Origin: Phocaeicola sp.
GTDB lineage: Bacteria; Bacteroidota; Bacteroidia; Bacteroidales; Bacteroidaceae
Assembly: GCA_045121515.1 (NCBI GenBank)
Contig: JBGVGD010000021.1
Span: 21,955 to 85,954, forward strand
Direction: 5' to 3'
DNA length: 64,000 bases
Both the position numbers and the translations under genes were made by a program. The notes below the pieces were generated by a model that had not been told where the DNA came from, ran no database searches, and saw nothing but the letters and a program-made list of their open reading frames with translations. The first letter of the stretch is position 1. Each line of letters starts with the position of its first letter. Positions 30,192 through 44,117 of the stretch are shown one piece after another.

Positions 30192-30836
30192 TTATCTATT
30201 TGTGACGCTGATATTCAAGCTGTCTTGAGGCTGGGTTGTAACTGTAGGTGCTGTATCTTCAATGGTAAATATACCTGTTGTGTTTTTAATTTCATATTCA
30301 CTTAAGTCCTGGTTGGATTCAAATCCATATCCTTTAATGACTTTATCCTCTTGTTCTATCTGAATGAATTTGTCGGAATATACCTTTTCCTTCTTTTCAT
30401 CCCAAAAGAGCAGGTCTGTCTGGAATCTGTCACCACGTTGGCTGAGAATCTGTACATGACCTCTCAGTTCCCATAATTTCTTCTTTTCGTGATAGTAGGC
30501 TGTATCTGCTTTGATGCTGGCATCGACACGGAATAGAGTATCGAATTTTTCGAGGTAAACCCCTTTTTCAAAAGCCCAATAGGGAGGGTTCTTCTTGTCG
30601 TGGATTAACCATTCTTCAGCTACAATTTTGTAGCGAGTGATACCTGAGTCGGAAATCAACGTTGTTACTCCTAATGATTTCATGCTAGGTAGTGTATCAT
30701 TTTCTGAAATGGCTTCTGCCAATTTCTTGTCTTTTCCGGAGCATGCCGGAAATAAAACAAACATAACAGCTGCAAGGAATGCAGCTGTTATGTTTAGAGT
30801 TTTCAGATATGTTTGATTCTTCTGTTTCAATGACAT
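30192..30836 (-). CDS. lptC: LPS export ABC transporter periplasmic protein LptC
   Basis: Lipobox PA-C; QTDLLFWD...VYSDKFIQI...GYGFESNQ. Confidence 0.8.
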   Translation of the reverse strand: MSLKQKNQTYLKTLNITAAFLAAVMFVLFPACSGKDKKLAEAISENDTLPSMKSLGVTTLISDSGITRYKIVAEEWLIHDKKNPPYWAFEKGVYLEKFDTLFRVDASIKADTAYYHEKKKLWELRGHVQILSQRGDRFQTDLLFWDEKKEKVYSDKFIQIEQEDKVIKGYGFESNQDLSEYEIKNTTGIFTIEDTAPTVTTQPQDSLNISVTNR

Positions 30837-30839
30837 GTC

Positions 30840-32192
30840 TTATCTGATAGTAGTGGTTTCACCAATCCATCCACCGATAGTTACGGCATCACCCTTCTTC
30901 AAACCGATGAAGAACAAGTCTTCGTCCTTCGGAGTGTAACCAGCATATGTTCTGATGAGCTTGTCAGCTTCTTCAGCACAGCTTGGGTCAACGCTCTTTG
31001 CCTTTTGCAACTTGTCGATTACAGCGAAGAATACACACTTGTTCAATGCAGCTTCGTCGCTCCACTTCGGGCTAGATGCATACATTTGAGCAATCAAGAT
31101 GTATGGCTTACCGTTTTCACCGTTCAATTCGATAGACTTGCGAGCATATTGCTTAGCCTTGCTCAATTGCTTGTTTGCGAACAAAACAGCAGCAGCTGAG
31201 TACAAATAGTCTGCCTTCTTGGCAGGATCTTGTTCCAATTCGATTGCGTTGTCGAAGTAAGTGATACACTTGTCGAAGTCACCCTTCTTGTAGTACATGT
31301 AACCGCAACCGATAGCAGTTTCAGCAGTAGGTTCGATAGCGTGAGCGTATTCAGATGCAGCGAAGTAAGCTTCAGATTCTGTACAACCCAACATCTTCAT
31401 CACCTTAACCACTTGCTTCAAGTATTCCAAGTCGTTCTTGCTAGCTTCTACCTTAGGAGCATAGATTGCCTGCAAGTTGTCGCAAGTTGCAACACCACTG
31501 TTGATGAAGTGAGCGTCGATGTTTTCCTTAGCTACTTGGTAGTTCTTCTTTGCACTTTCCTTCTTGGCAGCATTCAATGCTTCGTTAGCGTAGCCTGAAG
31601 CAGCGATGTAGTCCTGAACGAACTGTTCCTTGTGTGCTTCGTCTGCCTTTACCTTGCGTGCAGATGTTTCAACGAATTCCATCAAAACATAGTAAGGCAA
31701 GTTGCTCTTTTCAGCAGCTACCGCTTCAGCAAACATAGCGTAAGCTTCGTTATTGTCCTGACCGCCATTGCTGAAATAGTCATGAGCCTTAGTACCCATG
31801 ATGTCACCCTTAGTAGCCTTTGTCTTAGAAAGGGTATTCAACTGATCCAAGTATTGGATACGTTGGTCGTGAACTTTCATCAACAAATTGAAGTATTCCT
31901 TTTGCTTAGCACCGTCTTTTTCTGTAGCGATGAGAGCACGAAGAATCTTGGCACCATTAGTGTAAGTTGCGATTTGAGCCCAAGGAGCTTCATCAAATAC
32001 TGCCTTCCATGAAGGATAAGCATCCTTGAAGTTGTTAGTCTTCACATACTCAGTATAAACACTGATGTTCTTCAAGCAGTTCAAACTGTCTTGACCATGA
32101 CCGAATCTTGATCCGTCTTCTACTCCTTTTTGAGCGAAAACTGCTGTAGCGCTTAATGAAAGAGCAAACAGCATTGTTACCATCTTTTTCAT
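30840..32192 (-). CDS. Exported TPR-repeat protein
   Basis: Signal peptide, several TPR-like helices, conserved Bacteroidetes C-terminus IGGWIGETTTIR. Confidence 0.75.
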   Translation of the reverse strand: MKKMVTMLFALSLSATAVFAQKGVEDGSRFGHGQDSLNCLKNISVYTEYVKTNNFKDAYPSWKAVFDEAPWAQIATYTNGAKILRALIATEKDGAKQKEYFNLLMKVHDQRIQYLDQLNTLSKTKATKGDIMGTKAHDYFSNGGQDNNEAYAMFAEAVAAEKSNLPYYVLMEFVETSARKVKADEAHKEQFVQDYIAASGYANEALNAAKKESAKKNYQVAKENIDAHFINSGVATCDNLQAIYAPKVEASKNDLEYLKQVVKVMKMLGCTESEAYFAASEYAHAIEPTAETAIGCGYMYYKKGDFDKCITYFDNAIELEQDPAKKADYLYSAAAVLFANKQLSKAKQYARKSIELNGENGKPYILIAQMYASSPKWSDEAALNKCVFFAVIDKLQKAKSVDPSCAEEADKLIRTYAGYTPKDEDLFFIGLKKGDAVTIGGWIGETTTIR

Positions 32193-32219
32193 CGTATATC
32201 AAATATAGTTATTATTAAT

Positions 32220-33506
32220 TTATTCTACTTTCCACTTCATGAACCAACGGTCATTGAATGTCAAACCGATGTTGACTCTTAAGTAATTCTCTTCGAGCAT
32301 GCCCTTTACTTTAGGACTTACCTTGACGTATTGGCCGGAGATGTTCAAGATAGATCTGCCTTGGAATACTTCCAATGGCAATCCGAGACCGAAACTTACT
32401 CCATATTCACGAGCTCCTTCCTTGCCGTCCACTTTTGCGTATGGGTCTGAATAGTAGGCACCGGCACGGTAGCGGATTCGCTTCAAGTAATTACGGCCGA
32501 TAGCGTTTGGTAAATATTCAGCACCGATAGCAATTTTCGTACGATCCTGGAACTTTCCGCTTTCGTTGAAGAATTTGGTTTCTTCCCATTTCTGCAATGT
32601 ATAATCTACACCTACGGTCAAACGGTTGTTGTATACATAAGTAATACCGATGCCTAAAGTGTGTGGAAGGCTGAATGCGTTCTTAATTGTATCCACAGAC
32701 TGACTTGTAGGAATCGTACTTCCGCTTAAATAAGTTTCCTTAAACTTATAGCCTGTACCTTTAATGTCGTGTCCTAAAGAATAGACTGCACCCAAATTCA
32801 ATGTATGTTTCTTTCCAAAATGTTGGGTGTATTGCATACCCAAGTCAAGTTTGTAGTCATTGATTTCCAACTTGTCGGAACGTATACTGGTGTCAGCGTT
32901 AGGGTTGCTGAATGTCAGGCTGGATGTATGTGAAATCTCGCCATAAAGGTAGGAGAAATTAGCACCAATGGAGAGATTGTCAAACACTTTATATCCCAAA
33001 CCTACAAAAACCTGTTGTAATCCTCCGTCACCGGAATAAGACGTAACTTTGGATGTCGTATTTCCATATTGGTCTTCCGAATTAGGGATTATGTCAGTTT
33101 TGCTCATGTTATATCCGACAATCGAATAAGGCAGGAATCCCATAGTCATTCCCATACGTTTCCAGAGACGGAATTGCATAGCGATGTAGTCGATAGTTGA
33201 ATTCTTGGCGTTGGTTTTGACACCGTTTTCCTTGAAATAGGTGTTCTGCAAGGACATACCTGCATCAAACAAGAATGTCAGGGAGTCGACAGCAGAATAG
33301 GATGCCGGATTGGCCGCATTGATATGCAATCCGTCTCTCAAACCGTATGCGATGCCTCCCATGGCCTTGCTGTTACCAAAACTTTGATCAGACAATTGTC
33401 CGAAACCATAGCGGGTGTAAGGTGAATTTGTACCGCTCTGTGCCATTGCTGCTGTAGCAACGATACAGAACAAGCAAATGTTTATAAGTCTTTTAAATAA
33501 TGTCAT
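32220..33506 (-). CDS. Outer-membrane beta-barrel protein (FadL/OmpP1-like)
   Basis: Signal peptide, SPYTRYGFG and NPASY motifs, C-terminal WF. Confidence 0.7.
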   Translation of the reverse strand: MTLFKRLINICLFCIVATAAMAQSGTNSPYTRYGFGQLSDQSFGNSKAMGGIAYGLRDGLHINAANPASYSAVDSLTFLFDAGMSLQNTYFKENGVKTNAKNSTIDYIAMQFRLWKRMGMTMGFLPYSIVGYNMSKTDIIPNSEDQYGNTTSKVTSYSGDGGLQQVFVGLGYKVFDNLSIGANFSYLYGEISHTSSLTFSNPNADTSIRSDKLEINDYKLDLGMQYTQHFGKKHTLNLGAVYSLGHDIKGTGYKFKETYLSGSTIPTSQSVDTIKNAFSLPHTLGIGITYVYNNRLTVGVDYTLQKWEETKFFNESGKFQDRTKIAIGAEYLPNAIGRNYLKRIRYRAGAYYSDPYAKVDGKEGAREYGVSFGLGLPLEVFQGRSILNISGQYVKVSPKVKGMLEENYLRVNIGLTFNDRWFMKWKVE

Positions 33507-34221
33507 TGTAGTCTAAAATTCTGTTTAATCCTTTTAAAACTAAGAAACCATCTGCAAAGATGCCACTTTTTAAGTTTGTATCAAAAGAAAAATCGTTTCC
33601 GCCCGTTAAAAAAACCAAAAGTGACGGATAATTCTTCTTCAAGTGCTGAATATAGCCACTAATTTCATGTTCTATACCTCGAATGACTCCTGAACGGATA
33701 GCCGTTTCGGTGCTATATCCATAGTCTGGAGTTTCTCCCGAAGCTTCTATTTTCGGAAGCTTGCTAGTGAATTCATGGAGAGCTTTGAGTCTCATCTCCA
33801 TGCCGGGGGAGATGTTTCCTCCCAGGTATTGTCCATGTTCGTCTATGAAATCATAAGTAATGCAAGTACCGGCATCAATGACCAGGGCAGGATGATGAGG
33901 TTGGGTCGTATATGCCGCAATGACCGCTGCCAGTCTGTCCACTCCCAGGGTTTGTGGTGTTCGATACAGATTCCGGATGGGGATGGGCGTTTGGTAGGTA
34001 AATTCCATCATCGGGAACGGCAGTTGCTGCAACCGATGTTTCACTTCTTCCGAAAGGGAAATGACCGATGCCCATATTCCTTTTCGGATAAGATATGCCT
34101 GGCAAAAAGCATCCAACTCTTTCAAGGATTGGTTAGAACAACGAATCATGTCCTTCATCTCTCCTTGTGAAAAGACGGCTACTTTGGCAGAAGTGTTACC
34201 TATATCGATGATTAAATGCAC
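33493..34221 (-). CDS. coaX: Type III pantothenate kinase
   Basis: [21 protein letters not shown] and LTGG motifs. Confidence 0.95.
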   Translation of the reverse strand: MHLIIDIGNTSAKVAVFSQGEMKDMIRCSNQSLKELDAFCQAYLIRKGIWASVISLSEEVKHRLQQLPFPMMEFTYQTPIPIRNLYRTPQTLGVDRLAAVIAAYTTQPHHPALVIDAGTCITYDFIDEHGQYLGGNISPGMEMRLKALHEFTSKLPKIEASGETPDYGYSTETAIRSGVIRGIEHEISGYIQHLKKNYPSLLVFLTGGNDFSFDTNLKSGIFADGFLVLKGLNRILDYNDII

Positions 34222-34370
34222 GGTTTCTTGTTTTACGATGCAAAGTTAAAGGAAAAAAATGAATTGCTTGGTCAATTATCTTGAAATTGTATAGCATAAG
34301 TTGGATTTTAGGTGTACTTTTGCATCCCGAAGTCGGATTAACGGCTCGGATTATATACCTTATAATATAT

Positions 34371-35534
34371 ATGCGAAAGTTATTAGCGTTTTTTCTTCTT
34401 TTCATAGGGATACTATCGGCCCATGCATCATCCATGGATAGGGTCCGTATCAGTTTGTTGACTTGTGCACCAGGCTCTGAAATTTATGCGTTGTTCGGCC
34501 ATTCGGCCATCCGATACGAAAATCCGGACCAACAGCAGGATTGGGTGTTCAACTATGGGATGTTTAGTTTCAAGGACCCGAACTTTGTTATGCGTTTTGT
34601 GAAGGGAGAAACGGATTATCAGTTGGGTGTGATGCCTTTTGCCTACTTCGAAGCGGAATATGCGATGCGAGGTTCTTCCGTCTATCAGCAAGTCCTCAAT
34701 CTGACGAATGAGGAAAAGGAATGCTTGATTCGTTTGTTGGAGGAGAACTACCGTCCGGCCAATCGGGTATACCGATATAACTATTTCTATAATAATTGCA
34801 CCACCCGGGCTCGGGACAAGATAGAAGAAAGCATTCAGGGTAAGGTGGTCTATCCGGAGAATGAGGCGGAAGTTTCCTTCCGTAGCATCCTTCATGAGTT
34901 TATGAAGGATAGCCATTGGAGCGAATTCGGCATTGATTTGTGCTTGGGTAGTGAGGCTGACCAACCGATAGAAGAACGGAAGCAGATGTTTGCACCTTTC
35001 TATATGCTGGAAGCGGCCCGTGGAGCCATGATTCACCGTGGAGATACCGTTGTACCTTTGGTACTCGAAGAGTCTAAGATTGTGAATGCTGTCTTGGAAG
35101 ACGAACCGGCTTTCCCGTTGTCACCCATGACCTGTTCGGTTTTATTGCTTTTGATAACGATGGCTATCGTTGTTTGGGGCATCCGTAAGGGACGGTCGTG
35201 TTGGGCTTGGAGCGCCTTGTTGTTTTTCCTGCAAGGCATTGGCGGTTGTATCGTTGCTTTTCTTTTCTTCTTTTCCCTGCATCCTACTGTAGGTTCCAAT
35301 TGGCTGCTCATATTGTTCAATCCGTTGCCGTTGCTTTATCTGCCGGTATTGATTTATCGGGGAGTCAAGAGGAAAAAAGATCCATATCATTGGTATAATC
35401 TGGTGTGTTTAACATCTTTTATGATATTAATGCTGGTCTTGCCACAAGAATTTAATCCAACGGTAGTACCTTTGGCGCTTAGTTTGATTTTGGTGTCGGT
35501 AGGACATCTATCTATCTATTATTGGAAACGTTGA
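34371..35534 (+). CDS. DUF4105-domain membrane protein, Lnb-type lipoprotein N-acyltransferase candidate
   Basis: FGHSAIR, FNYGMF and NNCTT motifs, followed by C-terminal TM helices; ATG at 34371. Confidence 0.75.
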   Translation: MRKLLAFFLLFIGILSAHASSMDRVRISLLTCAPGSEIYALFGHSAIRYENPDQQQDWVFNYGMFSFKDPNFVMRFVKGETDYQLGVMPFAYFEAEYAMRGSSVYQQVLNLTNEEKECLIRLLEENYRPANRVYRYNYFYNNCTTRARDKIEESIQGKVVYPENEAEVSFRSILHEFMKDSHWSEFGIDLCLGSEADQPIEERKQMFAPFYMLEAARGAMIHRGDTVVPLVLEESKIVNAVLEDEPAFPLSPMTCSVLLLLITMAIVVWGIRKGRSCWAWSALLFFLQGIGGCIVAFLFFFSLHPTVGSNWLLILFNPLPLLYLPVLIYRGVKRKKDPYHWYNLVCLTSFMILMLVLPQEFNPTVVPLALSLILVSVGHLSIYYWKR

Positions 35535-37117
35535 TGAAAGGACGAATATTAACATCACTTCTGGCGGTTATAGCCATCACAGGCTTGCAGGCGCAAGAAA
35601 CTCCGGCCGTACCTCGGTTAGTCGTTGGGTTGACCATCGACCAGCTCAATATGGATTATGTCGAAGCTTTTGCGGACATGTTTGGCGAACGGGGATTCAA
35701 GCGTTTGTGGAGAGAAGGACGTGTCTATCGGAATGCGGAATATAATTTCAATCAGGTGGACCGCTCTTCGGCTGTTGCTGCTATCTATACGGGAACTACT
35801 CCCCATGTCAATGGTATTGTGGGAAATGCCTGGATGGACCGTACGTCCCTGCAAGTGGTGAATTGCGTGGACGATACCCGTTTTATGGGCATCTATACCT
35901 CTGAATCCACTTCGCCTTCCCGCTTGAGTGTGTCCAATTTGTCCGATGAACTGATTGTTGCAACTCAAGGGACAGCAGAAGTCTATTCCATTGCTCCGAC
36001 CCGTGAAATGGCGGTGCTGGCTGCAGGTCATGCCTCCCAAGGTGCTTTTTGGATCAATGATGAGACAGGCAAGTGGAGTGGTTCCACTTATTATGGCACT
36101 TTCCCGTCTTGGGTGTCAACCTATAACGACCGTCAAGGCTTGGATTTTCGTATCGGTGAGATGACATGGGCGCCTTATTTGCCTGTGACAAGTTATCGAT
36201 ATCTGACATCGGAAGCCAAGCAAGTGACATTCAAACATAAGTTTGATGATGAGCGGAAGAATAAATATCGGAAACTGAAAACAAGTCCATATGCCAACGA
36301 AGAAGTGAACCGCTTGGTCAATGCTTGCTTGAATTCGACTTCAGTAGGTAAGGACATGGTTCCTGATATGCTGAATCTGGCCTATTATGCAGGCAATTAT
36401 GATCATCTTCCGGTTTCGGTGCTTCCAATGGAAATGCAGGACACTTATGTCCGTCTGGATGCTACTTTGGCGGAATTGCTGGATATCATTGACCGGAAGG
36501 TAGGATTGTCCAATACCTTATTTTATATCACTTCTACAGGATATACGGATGCGGATCCATTGGACCACACCAAATACCGTATTCCTACTGGAGAGTTCCA
36601 CATCAAGCGTTGTGCGGCTTTGCTGAACTTGTATTTGGCGGCTATTTATGGCGAAGGACAATACGTGGAAGCTTCTCATGAACAGGAAATTTATCTGAAT
36701 CACAAACTGATAGAGCAGAAGCATCTGAATTTGACGGAAATATTGGAACGTTCCTCCGATTTTCTGGTGCAATTCAGTGGAGTGAAGGATGTCTATTCTT
36801 CGCATCGTATCATGTTGGGCTCTTGGACTCCGGAACTGGATAAGGTCAAGAACCGTTATAATAAATCTTGTTCGGGCGATCTTTGGGTAGAAGTGTTGCC
36901 AGGTTGGAGTATTCTTCGTGATCATTCCTTGGATACCAAGGTGGTTCGCAATATTTATACGTCTGCTCCCTTCATCCTGATGGGGTGGGCTGTGCGTCCG
37001 GAGATTATTTATACCCCCGTTCAGATAGGTCATATAGCGCCTACTTTGGCTCATTTCATGCGGATTCGTGCCCCGAATGCGTCCGCTTTGCCTCCTTTGG
37101 CAGATATCCGTAAATAA
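35534..37117 (+). CDS. Alkaline-phosphatase-superfamily (PafA-like) protein, apparently lacking catalytic residues
   Basis: LVVGLTIDQL and IYTGTTP..NGIVGNAW scaffold motifs; ATG overlaps the upstream TGA. Confidence 0.8.
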   Translation: MKGRILTSLLAVIAITGLQAQETPAVPRLVVGLTIDQLNMDYVEAFADMFGERGFKRLWREGRVYRNAEYNFNQVDRSSAVAAIYTGTTPHVNGIVGNAWMDRTSLQVVNCVDDTRFMGIYTSESTSPSRLSVSNLSDELIVATQGTAEVYSIAPTREMAVLAAGHASQGAFWINDETGKWSGSTYYGTFPSWVSTYNDRQGLDFRIGEMTWAPYLPVTSYRYLTSEAKQVTFKHKFDDERKNKYRKLKTSPYANEEVNRLVNACLNSTSVGKDMVPDMLNLAYYAGNYDHLPVSVLPMEMQDTYVRLDATLAELLDIIDRKVGLSNTLFYITSTGYTDADPLDHTKYRIPTGEFHIKRCAALLNLYLAAIYGEGQYVEASHEQEIYLNHKLIEQKHLNLTEILERSSDFLVQFSGVKDVYSSHRIMLGSWTPELDKVKNRYNKSCSGDLWVEVLPGWSILRDHSLDTKVVRNIYTSAPFILMGWAVRPEIIYTPVQIGHIAPTLAHFMRIRAPNASALPPLADIRK

Positions 37118-37207
37118 AATTCGGGATAGAAGTGCAAATAAATCAGCATTTTATTATAACTTTGCACACTCATATATCATTTTGAAATAATAAAAAACAT
37201 ATATACA

Positions 37208-40504
<3,297 letters not shown>

Positions 40505-40515
40505 TAAAAATAATG

Positions 40516-40546
40516 AAAGGCGGTGAATGGAATCACCGCCTTTTTT
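40516..40546 (+). terminator. secA terminator
   Basis: AAAGGCGGTGA-ATGGAA-TCACCGCC-TTTTTT. Confidence 0.8.
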
Positions 40547-40576
40547 ATTACTTTTGTTCGCAAGAAAGAAAAGCTT

Positions 40577-41563
40577 ATGAAAAAGAACCTCTATATCGTT
40601 TGTTTGTGCGGCATTCTCTTGTCCGTCACCGCTTGTACCAGCCTGCAACCGCTCTTTTATGAACGATTGCAGCCAGCCGATGTGAACTTCCCGGGACAGA
40701 TCCGGAAGGTGGGTATTGTCAATAATATGCCTCCCGTACATCAGGACTACAAGCAAGTGGATTACAAGTCTGCCAGCCTGGAAGGGGATGGGGACGTGGC
40801 TACGGAAGCCTTTGCCCAAGAGGTGGTATCCGTCGGTTATTTCGATGAGGTGGTCTTGTATGACCAGCGAATCCGTAAGACTACGAACCCGTTGGAACTG
40901 CCCATTCCGAAGCATACAACGGACGATTTGATCCGTAAGCTGGATGTGGACATGTTGCTGTCCATGGAGCGTGTAAATGTGGAACTGAAGGAAAGCTTTA
41001 TGTTCGATTCCGGCTCGTTGGGTACTGTACCGGCAGTCGATGGGGTAGTGACCTCGGTGGTCAGAGCCTACCTGAAACAGCGGGAAGAACCCTTGTTTAC
41101 TATCCAGAAGACAGATACCCTCTGTTGGGAAATCACCCCCAAACTCTCTTATGGCGATGTGATCAAGGATGTCTCTGAATATGCCGCCATCCTGCCGATG
41201 CAGAACCTCCTGCCATATTGGGTAGAGGTAGAACGCTACTATTACGATGGAGGCAATGTAGAGATGCGTGATGCCGGTGTCTTTGTCCGTGAAGAGTCTT
41301 GGGAAGAAGCAGCCGCCCTATGGGAAAAGGTATATCAAAAGAAGAAAGGCAAGGCCAAGATGCGTGCCGCCTATAATCTGGCCGTCTATTCGGAGATGAA
41401 GAATGACTTTGAGGCGGCCAAGGAATACCTGGATACCGCCTATGGTTTGTCGGACGAAAACTCATTCGACCAGCAGCTCATTTTGATTTACCGGATGAGG
41501 TTGGAGGACGAATGTCAGAAAAACCAGCGTCTGAACGTACAAATGAAACGTTTTGAACCATAA
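40577..41563 (+). CDS. Lipoprotein with C-terminal TPR (DUF6340-like)
   Basis: Lipobox TA-C; WEEAAALW...AAYNLAVYSEM TPR-like segment. Confidence 0.65.
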   Translation: MKKNLYIVCLCGILLSVTACTSLQPLFYERLQPADVNFPGQIRKVGIVNNMPPVHQDYKQVDYKSASLEGDGDVATEAFAQEVVSVGYFDEVVLYDQRIRKTTNPLELPIPKHTTDDLIRKLDVDMLLSMERVNVELKESFMFDSGSLGTVPAVDGVVTSVVRAYLKQREEPLFTIQKTDTLCWEITPKLSYGDVIKDVSEYAAILPMQNLLPYWVEVERYYYDGGNVEMRDAGVFVREESWEEAAALWEKVYQKKKGKAKMRAAYNLAVYSEMKNDFEAAKEYLDTAYGLSDENSFDQQLILIYRMRLEDECQKNQRLNVQMKRFEP

Positions 41564-41631
41564 AAATAACGGAATAGTCTTGTGCGAAAAGTTTTTTTTG
41601 TATATTTGGACAACTTTAAAAACAGATAAAT

Positions 41632-42081
41632 ATGAAATTGAACAAAACCTCATATGCTTCCATAGCACCCGTCATTCAGGCTGCCTTGAAGAAGTATGCT
41701 TCTATGGAGGGTAAGAGTGTCGTGACCGATATCTATTTGCAGCCTCAAATGCAGACAGGCGAATTGGCGGTCTATAATGACGACGATGAACTGTTGGCTT
41801 CCGCTGCTATTCAGGGATGGGATGATGTCCATCCGGAAGAGTTCCTGTCGGGTTGTGAGTTGGCTTTGAAGAAAGTCCTGAACCAGTTGTCTTCGGAAGG
41901 AGCCTTTGCTTCCTTGCCTATCATGAAGCCTTATTCATTCGTAATGGTAGACAGCGAAAAAGAGACTTTATCAGAGTTGATGATTGTGGATGAGGAGGAA
42001 ACGCTTTTCTTGAACGATGAACTTCTTAAAGGGTTGGATGATGAACTAAATGCTTTTTTGAAGGATTTGTTAGAAGTGTAA
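41632..42081 (+). CDS. Conserved acidic hypothetical protein
   Basis: 149-aa ORF with a TATATTTG -7-like box upstream; Bacteroides-like ending LDDELNAFLKDLLE. Confidence 0.7.
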   Translation: MKLNKTSYASIAPVIQAALKKYASMEGKSVVTDIYLQPQMQTGELAVYNDDDELLASAAIQGWDDVHPEEFLSGCELALKKVLNQLSSEGAFASLPIMKPYSFVMVDSEKETLSELMIVDEEETLFLNDELLKGLDDELNAFLKDLLEV

Positions 42082-42112
42082 AAAAAATGTTGTTGTATAA
42101 AGTTGGTGAAGT

Positions 42113-44116
42113 ATGAAAAAAAAGTTTTTACTTTTATTCTTCCCAGCATTGTTTTGGGTGAATATAAATGTATGTGGAGAAGAAAGAATCTCTACTAATT
42201 TGCTGTTTGATTCGTTGAAGGTGAAAGCGCAGAGATTGGTTAATACATCGGATGAGATTCTTTATTTAGATTCAATGCTGCAATTAGCCGAACAGATGGA
42301 TTCTACTCGTCTGCAATGCCAAACAATGTCTTTTATGGTGCGCAATTATTATAATAGAATGATTCCAGATAGTTTGATGTATTGGGCTAGTAAATTAGAT
42401 ACATTGGCATTAGAGAATAAGTATTACTCCATATTTTTTGATACATTTTCTTTGGTCTGTTTTTGGGAATTGTATGATAAAAATTATGACATTGCGCTAG
42501 ATAAGGCTAATAGTTTATATCAATTAGCAAAGGACTTGGATGATGCAAATGGAATGATTGCTTCTTATGAAACTATAGGTCTTGTTTATATGGAAACATT
42601 CCGTTATGTTGAAGCTATAAAGTCATATAAAGAAGGCCTAGAACTGCAGCGGCAGCAGAAAAATCCAAGATATGCTTATCAGTTTCAGTTCATGTCGTAT
42701 ATTATTGAAGCATATTTAAAGCTAAAGGATTATAAAGGAACAAAAGATGCTTTAGCTGAAGCATACAAATTAATAGAAAAGTGTAAGTTGGAGGAAGAAT
42801 ACTTTCCTATTAAACGTTGTTTATGGCTTTTGTGTTGTTACAATATAGAGATGTTTGTAGCGCAAAAGATGCCTCAAAAAGCTGAAGCTTATATTATAGA
42901 ATCAGAAAAATATAAAGATATAGATGATTTTTATGTGTTTTGTTATTATAACTTAGTGTCAGCTTCATATTATCAATTGTTGGGACAATATGAAAAGGCT
43001 TTGGATAATGTAAATTTAGTATTGGCTCAAACCGGTAATGATTATTTGCCGGCATTGAAAATGAAGGCAGAGTTATTGTTAAATGCTGGAATGGAACAGG
43101 ATGCTGCATTACTGTATCATAAATCGATAAATTTGATTGATTCAACATATAATGAGAGTTTGTCAAAGCAAATAAATCAATTGAGAACAATCCATGAAGT
43201 GGATAAACTCGAACTTCGAAATAAACAATTTGAATTGGAAGCTGGTAGATATAAATTGACTATAACGTTTATATTGATATTTGTGCTTTTGTTGGCTTTG
43301 TTTGTTATCGGATTTCATTACATTCGTGTGAAACGTATTAAGAAATTGTTGGAAAAATCAGAAGAAGAGTTAAAGAAAGACAAGGAAAAATTACTCCTTT
43401 CTGAAAAAGAATTGACTTTAGCTATAGAGAAAGTAGAAGTGTCAAATCATTTTAAAGATGTTTTTATAGCTAATTTGAATCATGAGATTCGTACTCCTTT
43501 GAATTCCATTGTTGGCTTTTCTAATCTATTGATAGATATGCACTGGGAAGATGGAAGAAAGGAATATGCATCTATAATCAAGAATAATTCTGAACAGTTG
43601 CTGAAATTGGTGAATGATACAGTAAATGTTTCATTGTTGCAAGCTGGTGAAATGCCTTTAGTCTTAGAAAACATTGATGTCAAAAAAATATGTCGAGAGT
43701 TGACTCAAGAATATAAAAGTAAATTAGTTTCAGGAGTATCCCTAAAGACTATTTTGCCTGCCAATGATATTTTTGTAAAAACAGATGTTATTTGCTTACG
43801 GCAAGTTTTGGGTAATTTATTATCAAACGCCGTGAAATTTACAAAAACGGGAAAAATTGTATTAAAAATGGAATTATCAGGAGACAATAGTTTGATTCGT
43901 TTTATTGTGGAAGATACTGGACCTGGGATTTCTAAGGATATGCAAGGGAAAATTTTTGACTCTTTTGAAAAGCATAATAGTTTCACGCAGGGAATTGGAC
44001 TTGGGCTCACTATTTGTAAATACATATCTCATCGTTTGAATGGAACAATTATGCTGGATACAAGTTATGAGAATGGAACCCGAATGATATTTACTCATCC
44101 TATTATAATAGAATAA
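42113..44116 (+). CDS. TPR-containing membrane sensor histidine kinase (no receiver domain)
   Basis: H-box NLNHEIRTPLNSIVGFS; N-box NLLSNAVKFT; G-boxes DTGPGI and GLGLTIC; periplasmic TPR-like region. Confidence 0.92.
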   Translation: MKKKFLLLFFPALFWVNINVCGEERISTNLLFDSLKVKAQRLVNTSDEILYLDSMLQLAEQMDSTRLQCQTMSFMVRNYYNRMIPDSLMYWASKLDTLALENKYYSIFFDTFSLVCFWELYDKNYDIALDKANSLYQLAKDLDDANGMIASYETIGLVYMETFRYVEAIKSYKEGLELQRQQKNPRYAYQFQFMSYIIEAYLKLKDYKGTKDALAEAYKLIEKCKLEEEYFPIKRCLWLLCCYNIEMFVAQKMPQKAEAYIIESEKYKDIDDFYVFCYYNLVSASYYQLLGQYEKALDNVNLVLAQTGNDYLPALKMKAELLLNAGMEQDAALLYHKSINLIDSTYNESLSKQINQLRTIHEVDKLELRNKQFELEAGRYKLTITFILIFVLLLALFVIGFHYIRVKRIKKLLEKSEEELKKDKEKLLLSEKELTLAIEKVEVSNHFKDVFIANLNHEIRTPLNSIVGFSNLLIDMHWEDGRKEYASIIKNNSEQLLKLVNDTVNVSLLQAGEMPLVLENIDVKKICRELTQEYKSKLVSGVSLKTILPANDIFVKTDVICLRQVLGNLLSNAVKFTKTGKIVLKMELSGDNSLIRFIVEDTGPGISKDMQGKIFDSFEKHNSFTQGIGLGLTICKYISHRLNGTIMLDTSYENGTRMIFTHPIIIE

Positions 44117-44117
44117 A

